The notes: generated by a model not told the origin, from the letters alone. DNA of 64,000 bases from Lachnospiraceae bacterium (GCA_015057835.1 SVDL01000002.1:26103-90102); one strand, 5' to 3'; shown: positions 9,835 to 20,008, numbered from the stretch's first letter. Program-made: numbers and translations.

Positions 9835-11460
9835 GTGAAGACACTGTTTAAAAACGGAATGATCTATGACGGCAGCGGTCAGAAGCCCTTTGCCGGAGAT
9901 GTGCTGATCGAAGACGACCGGATCCTGCAGGTCGGAGGATCGATCGACAGCGCGGAGCTGGCAGGAGAGGACAGGGTGATCGATCTTGACGGACTGGAGA
10001 TCTGCCCCGGTTTTATAGACGCCCATTCCCACAACGACTTCTTTTATGACCGGGAGGACGCGGAGAAATTTTACCGTCCGTTCATTGAGCAGGGCATTAC
10101 GACACAGATCACCGGAAACTGCAGCTTTTCTCCGTTTGGCGTTGACGAAAATACTCCCTACAAAGACAAGATCGGCGGCGGTCTGTTCCAGCCGGTCGCG
10201 CCGGGGAGTTTCGCCTCCTTCAAGGAGAGGGCAAAAGGCAGGCTGTATGTTAATCTGGTGCCGCTGATCGGACAGGGATCCGTGAGGGCGGGAATGACCG
10301 GGTATGATCCGACGCCGTTTACTCCCGAACAGATCGAAAAAGAACTGACTTATGTGAGAGAGGCGATGAAAGGCGGCGCGTTCGGCGGTTCTTTCGGATT
10401 TATGTACGAGCCGGACCGGTACGCGAAAGAGGACGAGATCCTGGCGTTTGCGAAAGAGATCGCGAAATACGACGGCATTGTCACGATCCACCCGCGCGCC
10501 TGCTCGGTCGTGAGCGCCGATTATCCGTTATTTACGAAAAAATCCCATCTCGAGATGGGTCTCGACGAGGCGGTGGAAATCATGGAAAAATCCGGCTGCC
10601 GTCTGGAGTACAGTCATCTGATCTTCACCGGTGCCCGCAGCTGGAAACTGCTGGGCAATATGCTGGAGACCTTCCGGCGCGCCCGCCGCAAGGGAGGAGA
10701 GATCGCATTTGACAACTACGCGTTCCATTACGGGGCGTCGGTCATCACGGTGGTATTTCCGGAGTGGTATGCGGCACTCTCGAAAGAGGAGAGTCAGAAG
10801 CCGGTCAATAAAATGAAGCTTTCGCTCACGATCCTCATGTACAGAAAAGTGCTCGGCATCGACTGGGATGATATGGTGGTCGCCTACATTTCCGATGATC
10901 ATAAGGAGTATGAGGGCAAAAATGTTCTGGAGCTCGCGCAGGAAGAGGGCTTAAAGCCGATCGACATGTATCTGAAGCTCGTGGAGCTGTCGGACAGAAA
11001 AGGGAGCATTTACCTCGGAAAATATTATAATGATGAGATCGTGCACCGGCTCATGGAGGATGATCTCTCGGTCTTCATGACAGACGCGTGGGTCGAGGAA
11101 AAGGGCCTGCAGAATATCGCGGCGTTCCAGACGTTCCCGCAGTTTTTCCTCCTCGCGAAACGCTGGGGGATTCCGACGGAGAAGATCGTGCGGAAAATGA
11201 CCGGGGCGACGGCGGACCGATATAAAATTGCGGAGAGAGGGTATCTGCGCAGCGGGTATAAGGCGGATATTACTGTGATTGACCGCAAAAACATGAGCGT
11301 AAATGAAAAAGTTCCGGACGCGAAACCGGGCGGAATCGTTCATGTCTATGTCAACGGCATGCCGGTGATGGAAAACGGAGAATATACCGGAGGCAGAGCC
11401 GGTGAGGTGATTCTGAAGAAGCCGGCTGCGGAGCAGGCGGCCGGAACGGGAGTGAAATGA
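9835..11460 (+). CDS. Amidohydrolase, N-acyl-D-amino-acid deacylase family
   Basis: PGFIDAHSH, TTQITGNC, MTGATADRY and GYKADITV motifs. Confidence 0.85.
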   Translation: MKTLFKNGMIYDGSGQKPFAGDVLIEDDRILQVGGSIDSAELAGEDRVIDLDGLEICPGFIDAHSHNDFFYDREDAEKFYRPFIEQGITTQITGNCSFSPFGVDENTPYKDKIGGGLFQPVAPGSFASFKERAKGRLYVNLVPLIGQGSVRAGMTGYDPTPFTPEQIEKELTYVREAMKGGAFGGSFGFMYEPDRYAKEDEILAFAKEIAKYDGIVTIHPRACSVVSADYPLFTKKSHLEMGLDEAVEIMEKSGCRLEYSHLIFTGARSWKLLGNMLETFRRARRKGGEIAFDNYAFHYGASVITVVFPEWYAALSKEESQKPVNKMKLSLTILMYRKVLGIDWDDMVVAYISDDHKEYEGKNVLELAQEEGLKPIDMYLKLVELSDRKGSIYLGKYYNDEIVHRLMEDDLSVFMTDAWVEEKGLQNIAAFQTFPQFFLLAKRWGIPTEKIVRKMTGATADRYKIAERGYLRSGYKADITVIDRKNMSVNEKVPDAKPGGIVHVYVNGMPVMENGEYTGGRAGEVILKKPAAEQAAGTGVK

Positions 11461-12029
11461 ACACAGAAAAGTTTGACAGTTTTATTTTGGAATATCCGAT
11501 CTTTGAATACCGCGTGATCGATACTGCTGAGATCAATATCTATGAGCGAGTCCGGATGATCTGTAAAAATGAGTGCCAGCGGTACGGCAGTACCTGGGCA
11601 TGCCCTCCGGCGGTGGGAGACCTCGTGAAATGCGGGGAAAAGATACGGGAATATGACAAGGCGGTGATCTTCTCCAGCGTGGCGGAGGTATCGGATATTC
11701 TGAATTTCGAAGAGAATCTCGCGACGAGAGCCGCTCACGAGGAAATCACGGAAAAAGTCGGGGAATTCTGGCGGGAGCAGGGACATGATATCTTTATACT
11801 CTCCACGGAATCCTGTGATATATGCGAGCACTGCACCTATCCGGAGGGGAAGCCCTGCCGCTTCCCGGAGCGCATGCATCCCTGCATCGAGGGCTTCGGC
11901 GTGCTGGTCAGCGAGATCACGGAGAACCATCAGATGGAATATGATCTCGGAGGGAACACGATCCTCTGGTTCTCGATGGTGCTGCTGCGGCAGGGGTCCA
12001 ATGGGGACGGTTCTCTTTGGACCCGCTGA
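11457..12029 (+). CDS. DUF2284 family Cys-rich metal-binding protein
   Basis: CxNxCxxYGxxWACPP and CDICEHC...CRFPERMHPCIEGFG motifs; 4-bp overlap with the upstream gene. Confidence 0.85.
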   Translation: MNTEKFDSFILEYPIFEYRVIDTAEINIYERVRMICKNECQRYGSTWACPPAVGDLVKCGEKIREYDKAVIFSSVAEVSDILNFEENLATRAAHEEITEKVGEFWREQGHDIFILSTESCDICEHCTYPEGKPCRFPERMHPCIEGFGVLVSEITENHQMEYDLGGNTILWFSMVLLRQGSNGDGSLWTR

Positions 12030-12145
12030 TATTGCTCTCATGACAAAAGAACATGGACACCGCTTTACGCGACGCGTCGTCCATGTTCTTTTTTTCTGTT
12101 TTGTGACATTCGTTGGGTCCAAAGAGAACCGTCCCCCGTGGATCC
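11994..12145. repeat. Pair of inverted REP-like hairpins enclosing a terminator hairpin
   Basis: Perfect 22-bp inverted repeat 12003-12024 / 12115-12136 (GGGGACGGTTCTCTTTGGACCC); inner stem AAAAGAACATGGAC / GTCCATGTTCTTTT. Confidence 0.8.
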
Positions 12146-12547
12146 TTAGAACGTGACGGTTTCCGGAGCTGCCGTGAAGGAGCTGAAGGTGGCGGTGCCT
12201 TCCTCAATATAGAGGACCTGGGTGTTGTCATCATCTTCGCTGTACATTCTTCTCAGGGACGGATATTCTTCAAGCATTTTTACTTTGGTCTCTCTGCTGT
12301 CATCGTTGACAAATTTTCCGGAGACGCGGACCCATATGCCGTCCTTGAAGGCGCAGATCTCAAATTTCGGATTCGCGGCCAGCTGTTTGGAGACATCTTT
12401 TACTTTTCCGGTCTGGATGTACAGCTTGCCGTCAATAATCGCTGCTGTGCCGAACGGGCGGACTCTCGGCTGATCGCCGTCGACGGTCGCGAGATAATAC
12501 GTTCCTGCTTCTTTCAAAAAAGCGCATACTCTTTCAATAGCTTCCAT
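12146..12547 (-). CDS. Pyridoxamine 5'-phosphate oxidase-like (FMN split-barrel) protein
   Basis: YYLATVDGDQPRVRPFG, QLAANPKFEICA and WVRVSG motifs. Confidence 0.85.
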   Translation of the reverse strand: MEAIERVCAFLKEAGTYYLATVDGDQPRVRPFGTAAIIDGKLYIQTGKVKDVSKQLAANPKFEICAFKDGIWVRVSGKFVNDDSRETKVKMLEEYPSLRRMYSEDDDNTQVLYIEEGTATFSSFTAAPETVTF

Positions 12548-12840
12548 TTTTCATTGCCTTTCTATAGAACTGGGACAGGGTTTTTTTGTTCCATAATAAT
12601 TATAACACTTTTCTGCGCAGGACAATCTTTATTCTAAAGCTTTTTTGACACTTTTCTGTGATCGGGAGGCTGTTCCTTCCGGAGAAGCCCCGCTGTTTCC
12701 CTTCCTTTGTGAAATACTGCCAATTTGAACCTTTCTTTTTCATGTATATTTGCTGTGTCGGCTCTTGTTTTTTTCTGCCTGAAACCGATATAATAAAACT
12801 ATATATAAGGATTATTTAACCCCCTATAAGGAAAAGTTTT

Positions 12841-14658
12841 ATGAGTATATTCGACATCCTGTCCCTCCTGGGCGGACTTGCCATGTTTCTCTACGGTATG
12901 CGCCTCATGGGCGACTCTCTGAAGGAAAATTCATCGGGAGCCCTGAAGAAGGCGATGGAACAGGTCACAAATAATCCCATCAAAGCATTCTTTCTCGGTC
13001 TTGCCGTAACAGCGCTGATCCAGTCCTCCACGGCCACCATCGTTATCACCTCCGGTCTTGTCGGCGCGGGAATACTGACGCTGCACCAGTCCCTCGGCAT
13101 CATCATCGGCGCCAACGTCGGTACCACGGTCACCGGCCAGATCATCCGGCTGCTCGATCTCAATGCCTCCGGGGGCACTTCCTGGCTTCGCTTTTTCCAG
13201 CCCTCCACTTTGGCACCGATCGCCCTGATTCTCGGTATGGTGCTCATTATGGGCGGCCAGCGCATTAAAAATTCAAAATCCATCGGCAATATCGCGATTG
13301 GCTTCGGCATCCTTTTCTCCGGTCTTCTTAATATGACCGGCGCAGTGGATGCTCTGTCGGAATCGGGCATGATCGAAAAGCTGTTTTCCGGCCTCGGCGC
13401 CAATCCGTTCCTCGGGTACCTGACCGGTGCGGGCGTCGCGTTCATGCTGCAGAGCTCCTCCGCGACCATCGGTATTCTGCAGGCATTTTCCGCATCCGGT
13501 GCGCTGACATTTAAGGCGATCTACGCCGTTATCGTCGGTATTTACCTCGGGGACTGCGTGACCACCGCTATCGTGTGCTCGATCGGGGCGAAGGCCGAAG
13601 CGAAGCGTGTCGGAATCGTCAATATTCTCTTCAATCTGAGTGAGACGGTCCTCGTGCTCGCGGTCGTGACGATCGTGCACCGGATAGGCCTTCTGAATTC
13701 CCTCTGGGACAAAACGGTCAATTCCGGTATCATTGCGAATACGAACACGATCTTCAACCTCTCCTGCGCGGTCGCGCTGATGCCGATGATCGGCATTTAC
13801 GAGAAAACCGCCCGAAAGATCATAAAGGACGAACCGGAAGCGGAACAGAAATACAAAGAGAAGCTGGACGCGCTCAATCCGGCCTTCTTCAATACACCGG
13901 CGCTCGCTTTGAACAGCTGCTATGACCTTCTTCTGACGATGTTCCTCTCGGCGCGGGGAAATATTGAGAAATCCCTGACCCTTCTTGAGAAATATGATCA
14001 GAAAGTCTACAGCGAGATCCAGGAAGAGGAAAATGAACTCGACCAGATGACGGACCACATGAGCCATTACACTGTCGAGCTTCTTCCGCATCTTCACAAT
14101 GAAACGCATGTCGGCATTCTCGACCAGTACTATAAAGTCACTGCCGAATTCGAGCGTCTCGGCGATCATGCTGTTAATATCAGCGACAATGCCGCCTCCC
14201 TCGCAAAGAACGGCACCAGCTATTCAACGGCGGCGATTGCGGAACTGCATGTTCTTGAGCAGGCGCTTTCAAAGCTTCTTGATCTCGCGGAACTGTCCTT
14301 TAAGAAAAGGGACGCGGACGTCGCCGTTCAGATCGAACCGCTGGTCCAGGTGACCAAGGAGCTCACCACACACCTCAAAAAGAACCACTTAAAGCGCATG
14401 AGCAGCGGCGAATGCAGCGTCATCGCGGACGCGAGCTTCACGAACCTCATGGTCGACATCGACAGGATCGCCAGTATCTGCTCCAACATCGGCATCGCGA
14501 CCATCGTTCGTGTCCGCCCGGAGCTGGCGGATCACGAGCACCTCTATTACGAGACGCTTCACGCAGGCGGAAACAAAGAATTTGACACTGCATTTGAGAA
14601 GGCGCACGACCTGTATTTCATGCAGCTGAAAGATCTCGAGAACGCCGCGAAGGCGTAA
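12841..14658 (+). CDS. Na/Pi cotransporter family protein with PhoU-like C-terminal domains
   Basis: LIQSSTAT, GANVGTTVT and QSSSAT repeats; C-terminal EFERLGDHAVNI. Confidence 0.92.
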   Translation: MSIFDILSLLGGLAMFLYGMRLMGDSLKENSSGALKKAMEQVTNNPIKAFFLGLAVTALIQSSTATIVITSGLVGAGILTLHQSLGIIIGANVGTTVTGQIIRLLDLNASGGTSWLRFFQPSTLAPIALILGMVLIMGGQRIKNSKSIGNIAIGFGILFSGLLNMTGAVDALSESGMIEKLFSGLGANPFLGYLTGAGVAFMLQSSSATIGILQAFSASGALTFKAIYAVIVGIYLGDCVTTAIVCSIGAKAEAKRVGIVNILFNLSETVLVLAVVTIVHRIGLLNSLWDKTVNSGIIANTNTIFNLSCAVALMPMIGIYEKTARKIIKDEPEAEQKYKEKLDALNPAFFNTPALALNSCYDLLLTMFLSARGNIEKSLTLLEKYDQKVYSEIQEEENELDQMTDHMSHYTVELLPHLHNETHVGILDQYYKVTAEFERLGDHAVNISDNAASLAKNGTSYSTAAIAELHVLEQALSKLLDLAELSFKKRDADVAVQIEPLVQVTKELTTHLKKNHLKRMSSGECSVIADASFTNLMVDIDRIASICSNIGIATIVRVRPELADHEHLYYETLHAGGNKEFDTAFEKAHDLYFMQLKDLENAAKA

Positions 14659-14694
14659 GATTAGCGTACAAACCGGAAAATATTGATCAGACGA

Positions 14695-14724
14695 AAAACC
14701 GGCGGACATTGATCCGCCGGTTTT
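14695..14724. terminator. Bidirectional intrinsic terminator
   Basis: AAAACCGGCGGA-CATTGA-TCCGCCGGTTTT between convergent genes. Confidence 0.8.
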
Positions 14725-14746
14725 CTTTCTCAGGTATTCCTGTTTA

Positions 14747-15561
14747 TTATTCAGGAAGGTACATCTTTGTCAGAATCCATTCTTTTGTCCGGTCGGGCAT
14801 GACGCGGAGAAGCTGCATGAGCAGCTTGTATTCCGCACCGACAGGAACCCTTGCCGGGGGATTCTTCTGAGAGGCCAGTTTCAGTGCGGCGGCGGCGACC
14901 GTCTGCGGGGAACGGCCGTTTCTTTCATCCTGTTCCATTTTTGCAACGCTGTTTTTGCACAGCTCATAGTAGACGGAATTTTCGGAAATACCGTATTTCC
15001 GCGCATCTGTAAAGCCGGTCCGGGTATCTCCCGGTTCGATAATGGAGGCGCGGACGCCGAAACGTCTCATCTCCATGCGGACGGCGTCGGAAAAAGCTTC
15101 CAGCGCGTATTTGCTGGAGGAGTAGTGGCTCTGCATCGGGATCGGCACGCGGCCGGCGATGGAACCGATCATAAGCAGGAGACCGCGCCCCTGTTCCCGC
15201 ATCCGGGGCAGGACCGCTTCCGCGACGGTGACGGTGCCGAAATAGTTCACTTCCATCTGCCGCCGGACGAGATCCATCGGCAGTTCTTCCGCGGGGCCAG
15301 CGACCCCCATGCCCGCGCAGAGCACGGCGATATCGATGCGGGGGAGAGAGCCGGTGACGGCTGCGACAGCATTTTCATCGGTCACATTCATTCTGCGCAT
15401 TGTAAGAGATCCGCCGCCCGGATAATGGGACGTCTTTTCTTCGCAGTTCCGCGAGACGCCGGTAACAGTGCAGCCCTCCCGGGCAAATACCTCCGCGCAC
15501 GCGAGGCCGATGCCGCTCGAGGCGCCGGTGACGAAAATGTTTTTCCGTAGCAGTTTTTCAT
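14747..15561 (-). pseudogene. SDR oxidoreductase with a frameshift near its start
   Basis: The RBS-linked ATG at 15561 reads MKNCYGK, but the Rossmann motif NIFVTGASSGIG and the rest (YSSSK, IIEPGD) are in another frame. The junction is an A5 run at 15540-15544. Confidence 0.75.
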
Positions 15562-15638
15562 ACGTTCTTCCTCTTGATCGGATTTCCTCAAATGCAGAGT
15601 TTATCTGCGCATTGGCCGGATTTCTGCAAACGAGGATA

Positions 15639-15719
15639 TTATCTGCGCTTATAACCGGTGATCATGGTGAGGAAGAAGCTGGTAACAGTCGCCCAGGCGA
15701 AAAATTTGTGCCATTTCAT
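15639..15719 (-). CDS. Possible 26-aa membrane peptide, in frame with the MBL C-terminus
   Basis: Internal RBS AAAGGAAATACTTAT-ATG; product MKWHKFFAWATVTSFFLTMITGYKRR. Confidence 0.45.
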   Translation of the reverse strand: MKWHKFFAWATVTSFFLTMITGYKRR

Positions 15720-16628
15720 ATAAGTATTTCCTTTCTTTTTTTCAGAAGCAGAGCGGTTCCCGGCATGGTCGCTCCGGGATTTTGCCGGCGGAGGGTCGCG
15801 GAGGATCAATTCGTCTCCGCTGTGAACATATTCGAGCTGCTCTTCCATGATCTTTTTCATGGCCTCAAACGGTATTTCTCCGGTGCAGTGGCCGGTGTAG
15901 AACATGGTCCGGTGTCTGGTAAGTTCCAGCGCCGTATCGATGATGAACTGCGTATCTTCTTCCGTATAGCCGGAATCCTTTTTCATATGAAAGCCGCTGA
16001 CGACATGCGTCGGGTCGTCTCCGAAAAGCTCCCGGTAGCGGTCCAGAATGTTGAGAATGCCGTGGTGCGCGCATCCGGAGAAGAGAACGTTCTTCCTTCC
16101 CTCGCGGACGACCAGGCACTGCTCATGGCTGAAAGAATCATTTGCGTAGTCGTCTGCCGTTTTTTCCTTGAGATCCCCGTTGGCGGAAGAGATGGGATGG
16201 GAGAGGCCGATCCCCGCGAAGAGCGACAGTTCGCTGTCGATCCGGAGTTCCCCGACGGGAGGGACGAAAATGAGGCCCTGCAGGGCTTTCGCATTTTCGG
16301 AAATGCCGATGTAGCGGGGCTCCTCTCCCTCCCGGACGGAATAATAATCTCCGGTAGCCGCTGTCTGCAGGAAAATGGGGGCGTTCGCATTTACCGAACG
16401 GAACGTAACGAGGCCGCCGCTGTGATCGTAATGGCCGTGGCTTAAGACGACCAGATCGACGGCTTTGAGATCGACGCCAAGACGCTGCGCGTTCTCAAAG
16501 AACAGCTCCGAGGCGCCTGTGTCCATAAGGATTTTGTGGCGCGCGGTCTCGATATAAAAACTCAGGCCGTGCTCGGCGCCGCACCCTGACGGGCCGGCGG
16601 TATTTTCGACAAGATTGATGATTTTCAA
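15639..16628 (-). CDS. MBL-fold metallo-hydrolase
   Basis: SHGHYDHSGG, GCAHHG, SGFH and TGHCTG motifs. Confidence 0.88.
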   Translation of the reverse strand: MKIINLVENTAGPSGCGAEHGLSFYIETARHKILMDTGASELFFENAQRLGVDLKAVDLVVLSHGHYDHSGGLVTFRSVNANAPIFLQTAATGDYYSVREGEEPRYIGISENAKALQGLIFVPPVGELRIDSELSLFAGIGLSHPISSANGDLKEKTADDYANDSFSHEQCLVVREGRKNVLFSGCAHHGILNILDRYRELFGDDPTHVVSGFHMKKDSGYTEEDTQFIIDTALELTRHRTMFYTGHCTGEIPFEAMKKIMEEQLEYVHSGDELILRDPPPAKSRSDHAGNRSASEKKKGNTYMKWHKFFAWATVTSFFLTMITGYKRR

Positions 16629-16691
16629 TGGATCTGCTCCTTTCCGCTGCTGTCTAAATGACGGCCGGGCTTTCCCAAATTAAAGAAAGCG

Positions 16692-17414
16692 CTATTCGCC
16701 GCACTCTTCATAAAATTCTTCCTGCGTCTCGAGGCAGATACAGGCCAGCCTGCCGCCGAAGCCCGCCCCGCAGTCGATCGCGATGTGGCCGCAGTTCCGG
16801 AAAATGTATCCCGGACGGGGATTTCCCGGGATCGCCATCGTCGGCGTGTGGCCGGTGATCACAAAGCGGTCCGGCCGGTCGGGAAAATAGGGAACATTGT
16901 AATCCGGGCGTTCCCAGACGAGCTCGTCGATATGGTAATCCCACAGCTCCTTGTCCGGACGGAAATTCCCGAGACCGGCGTGGACGAGAATGTATTCCGC
17001 GTCATCCGTGAACACTTCGTCAAAAAGCTCGAAATCGGACAGAAAGTCCAGAACGGCTCTCTGCGTCTGCGCGCTGAGTTTTGAGAAAGCGTCGATCGTC
17101 GGCTCCGACCCGTTCATCTGCCAGGTCAGGAGCTTTTCGATCCGCTCCTTGTCAAATACCCGGATATTTTCTTCCGTGACTTCTTTGGTCAGAAACTGCA
17201 GGCAGTCCATCGCCATGAGTTCATGATTGCCCGCGATACAGATGACGTTCGGGCGCGCCATGAGATCCAGCACGATCCGGATCGGCTCGGGTCCCCGGTC
17301 GAGAATATCCCCGAGGACATAAAGCGTATCCGATTCGGAGAACCGGATTTTTTCCAGAAGGCGCATATACGCTTCATAGTTGCCGTGGATGTCGGAGATA
17401 ACGTATGTACTCAT
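16692..17414 (-). CDS. Metallophosphoesterase (PPP-like Ser/Thr phosphatase)
   Basis: SDIHG, GDILDRG, GNHE, HAG, GHTPT and IDCG motifs. Confidence 0.9.
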   Translation of the reverse strand: MSTYVISDIHGNYEAYMRLLEKIRFSESDTLYVLGDILDRGPEPIRIVLDLMARPNVICIAGNHELMAMDCLQFLTKEVTEENIRVFDKERIEKLLTWQMNGSEPTIDAFSKLSAQTQRAVLDFLSDFELFDEVFTDDAEYILVHAGLGNFRPDKELWDYHIDELVWERPDYNVPYFPDRPDRFVITGHTPTMAIPGNPRPGYIFRNCGHIAIDCGAGFGGRLACICLETQEEFYEECGE

Positions 17415-17598
17415 AAATTCGCAAGGACCTGTTTTAATATCCGCTCCCTCTGTTCCGGAGGCGGTTCACTGTATTGGATGATGTAGGAAAACAACAGGCG
17501 CACCGGATCCTTTTCGGGATCCGGGCTGTTTTCTGTGATTTGATTGTAATCCCTGCACATGGTATTTTCCAATCTTTTTGAGAGACAGCAGCGATTTT

Positions 17599-18441
17599 TC
17601 AGATATCTTCCAGATAGATCTTATTTTCCCGGTCGAGGAAGAAGGCGCAGTTTCTGTAGTTGATCGTGCCGTCCGGCTCGTTCGGCGTATATTTCTGCGG
17701 GCAGGCGATGACAAAGGGCACTTTGCCCCAGTGATTGCTCTTCATCGTGACCGTGAACCAGAACCCGCCGCAGCCGTATTCACTGCTGTCGACGTCGTAA
17801 TTTTCACATCCGTTGGAAAATGCGGCCGTCATGATCATCCATTCGCTGACATCATTCACGCCCGGCGCCCGGTTGGTGGAGATGCCCAGCAGGCGTCTGC
17901 GGGGACTCGATTCGGTGATGTCAAAGCCGGGAGTGACATTCTCCGCCTCGATCGTGCCGACGGTGTAAATGATTTCGTCGTAGTCATAAAACATTGTGTA
18001 ATCGCGGGGATAATAGATGGTGCCGCTTCCGAAGCACCCGGAATCCGGGAAACTTTTGCCGCCGGAGACCTGGCCCCAGACTATCTGCAGCGTTTCCGTG
18101 TCGCTTCCGTGGATCCAGGGGCTCATCTGCACGGTCTGCCGGGTGGTGTAGCCGTCGCTGTCGGTGGTGTCACAGGTCATAGTGGTCCACCGGATCGCCG
18201 AGGGGTCGGCAGAGGACATTTCTTCATATGACTCCTCGTAATTATCCTCATAGGATTCTTCATAATAATCCGGTTCTTCGTACGTGTATTCTTCCGACGG
18301 ATCCGGATCGTCGATCCCGATGATGACAACCGGTTCGGAATAAGATTCTTCCGCGGCGGCAGCGGCGGATTCCTGACGCCCGCAGGCGGCGGCGGAAATG
18401 CTGAGGACGGTGATAAGAATGAGAGAGATTATTTTTTTCAT
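17599..18441 (-). CDS. Hypothetical lipoprotein
   Basis: Signal peptide with lipobox AAAC; acidic Tyr-rich N-terminal linker. Confidence 0.75.
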   Translation of the reverse strand: MKKIISLILITVLSISAAACGRQESAAAAAEESYSEPVVIIGIDDPDPSEEYTYEEPDYYEESYEDNYEESYEEMSSADPSAIRWTTMTCDTTDSDGYTTRQTVQMSPWIHGSDTETLQIVWGQVSGGKSFPDSGCFGSGTIYYPRDYTMFYDYDEIIYTVGTIEAENVTPGFDITESSPRRRLLGISTNRAPGVNDVSEWMIMTAAFSNGCENYDVDSSEYGCGGFWFTVTMKSNHWGKVPFVIACPQKYTPNEPDGTINYRNCAFFLDRENKIYLEDI

Positions 18442-18561
18442 GGATACTCCTTCCTTACGCGGTCTGGCCGCGGCTTTTTTTGCTTTACACCTGATAGACG
18501 CAGAGAAAGCGCGGAAGGATTTAAAATAATGAAAAAAATAAAAGAAGAATTTCGGAAGGGA

Positions 18562-19776
18562 TCATGCAGCGGCTTTCCGCGGACGGGTGAAGTAGGCGAT
18601 GCAGATCAGTATAAAGGAAATGGCTGTAAATACCGTGAAAATCGTGTAGCTGGGCACATAGCTTCCCGTTATGTCGGCGAGAATGCCGGAGAGAGGGGAC
18701 ATGATGAGGCCGCAGATAAACATTGTCATATTCAGGGTCTGCGTGGCGCGCTCATATTCGCCGGCCGGACACAGATCTTCCGCAAAAAGAGGGATGCCGA
18801 TGGTGGAGATGGGAAGCCCAAGAGCGAACAGGACCGCTCCGGTGAAACCGAGAACATGGATGCGGCACAGACACATGAAAACAGAGCCGATGATCTCGAT
18901 CACAAATGCCCCGATGCCGATATAGCGGTTTCCGAAAATATCCTCGAGTCTGCCGTACAGGATCTTTGCGATGGTCAGAACGCCTCCGTAGAGGGACATA
19001 ATAAGTGCCACTTCTTCGCTTGTGTAACCGGCAGCCGTGTACAGCATGGAGATCTGGGAGCATCCCGCCAGAGCGAGACCTGCGAAGAATCCGTAAGCAA
19101 TGACGGCCAGAAGGATGGCGCGTTTCGTATGAACTCCCTCGCTTTTATGAATACGGGCATTCTTTTTATCATTTTCAATGTCGGAAAATGCCGTCATTTT
19201 CAGATCCCGGGGGTGGTCCCGGATCATCAGAAGGACAAGAACGGCGCATAGGGCGACGACGCCGGCACAGATCAGAAGACCGGCACGGAGCGAATACCGG
19301 TTCATGACAGGCGTCAGGATCGGCGGAAAAATAACGGTGGCAAGGCCGCTGGAGGAAGAACAGATCCCGAGGGCAAATGCCATATGGGAATGAAACCATC
19401 TGGGCAGAAGCAGCGAAACCAGCATCATCGAGCCGAGACTGTAGCAGAAGCCGATGAGGGCCGCAGCGGCGTAGTAAACGGGAGCGGAAGCGGAAAATGC
19501 AAAAATAAGAAGACCGGCGGTACATCCCACGAGGGAAAGAAAGCCGCTCAGGCGGAGCCCGATCTTCATATGTATATGATGGCAGGCGGAGAGCCCGACG
19601 CAGACGAAGAGCATCCGGATCGTGGGAATCATGGAAACCTGTGTGTTTGTCAGATTTCCCACTTTCATAAGGTAGGGATTGAATACGGGAAATACAGTTG
19701 CGCAGATCCCCCAGATACAGAACAGCAGCAGTGCACACGCGGCGCAGATGACCCACGCATAATGCGGCTTTTTCAT
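18562..19776 (-). CDS. MFS transporter (OFA/MCT-like)
   Basis: About 12 TM helices; KPHYAWVI start, RWFHSHMAFALGI, GILADITGSY. Confidence 0.88.
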   Translation of the reverse strand: MKKPHYAWVICAACALLLFCIWGICATVFPVFNPYLMKVGNLTNTQVSMIPTIRMLFVCVGLSACHHIHMKIGLRLSGFLSLVGCTAGLLIFAFSASAPVYYAAAALIGFCYSLGSMMLVSLLLPRWFHSHMAFALGICSSSSGLATVIFPPILTPVMNRYSLRAGLLICAGVVALCAVLVLLMIRDHPRDLKMTAFSDIENDKKNARIHKSEGVHTKRAILLAVIAYGFFAGLALAGCSQISMLYTAAGYTSEEVALIMSLYGGVLTIAKILYGRLEDIFGNRYIGIGAFVIEIIGSVFMCLCRIHVLGFTGAVLFALGLPISTIGIPLFAEDLCPAGEYERATQTLNMTMFICGLIMSPLSGILADITGSYVPSYTIFTVFTAISFILICIAYFTRPRKAAA

Positions 19777-19905
19777 GATGTCGGTCCCCTCCGATGTCAG
19801 ATTTGTATCGATGTAATGTTACCTTTGCACAGTCATGGGTAAAAAGCAACATCGATTTACGAAACCTTTCACGAAAATAAAATTGCTGACCGGGAAAAAT
19901 AATCC

Positions 19906-19934
19906 TTGACATCGCCGATTTAATGCGTTAAAGT
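19906..19934 (+). promoter_or_regulatory. Sigma70-type promoter for the sodium:solute symporter
   Basis: TTGACA-17 nt-TAAAGT. Confidence 0.55.
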
Positions 19935-19960
19935 GTAACGAGCTAAAGCGCGAAAATATC

Positions 19961-19991
19961 GGGGCCGACAGGGACGGTTCTCTTTGGCCCC
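19961..19991 (+). repeat. REP-like hairpin
   Basis: GGGGCCGACAGGGA-CGGT-TCTCTTTGGCCCC, directly before RBS AAAAAGGAG. Confidence 0.75.
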
Positions 19992-20008
19992 CAAAAAGGA
20001 GTTTCATT

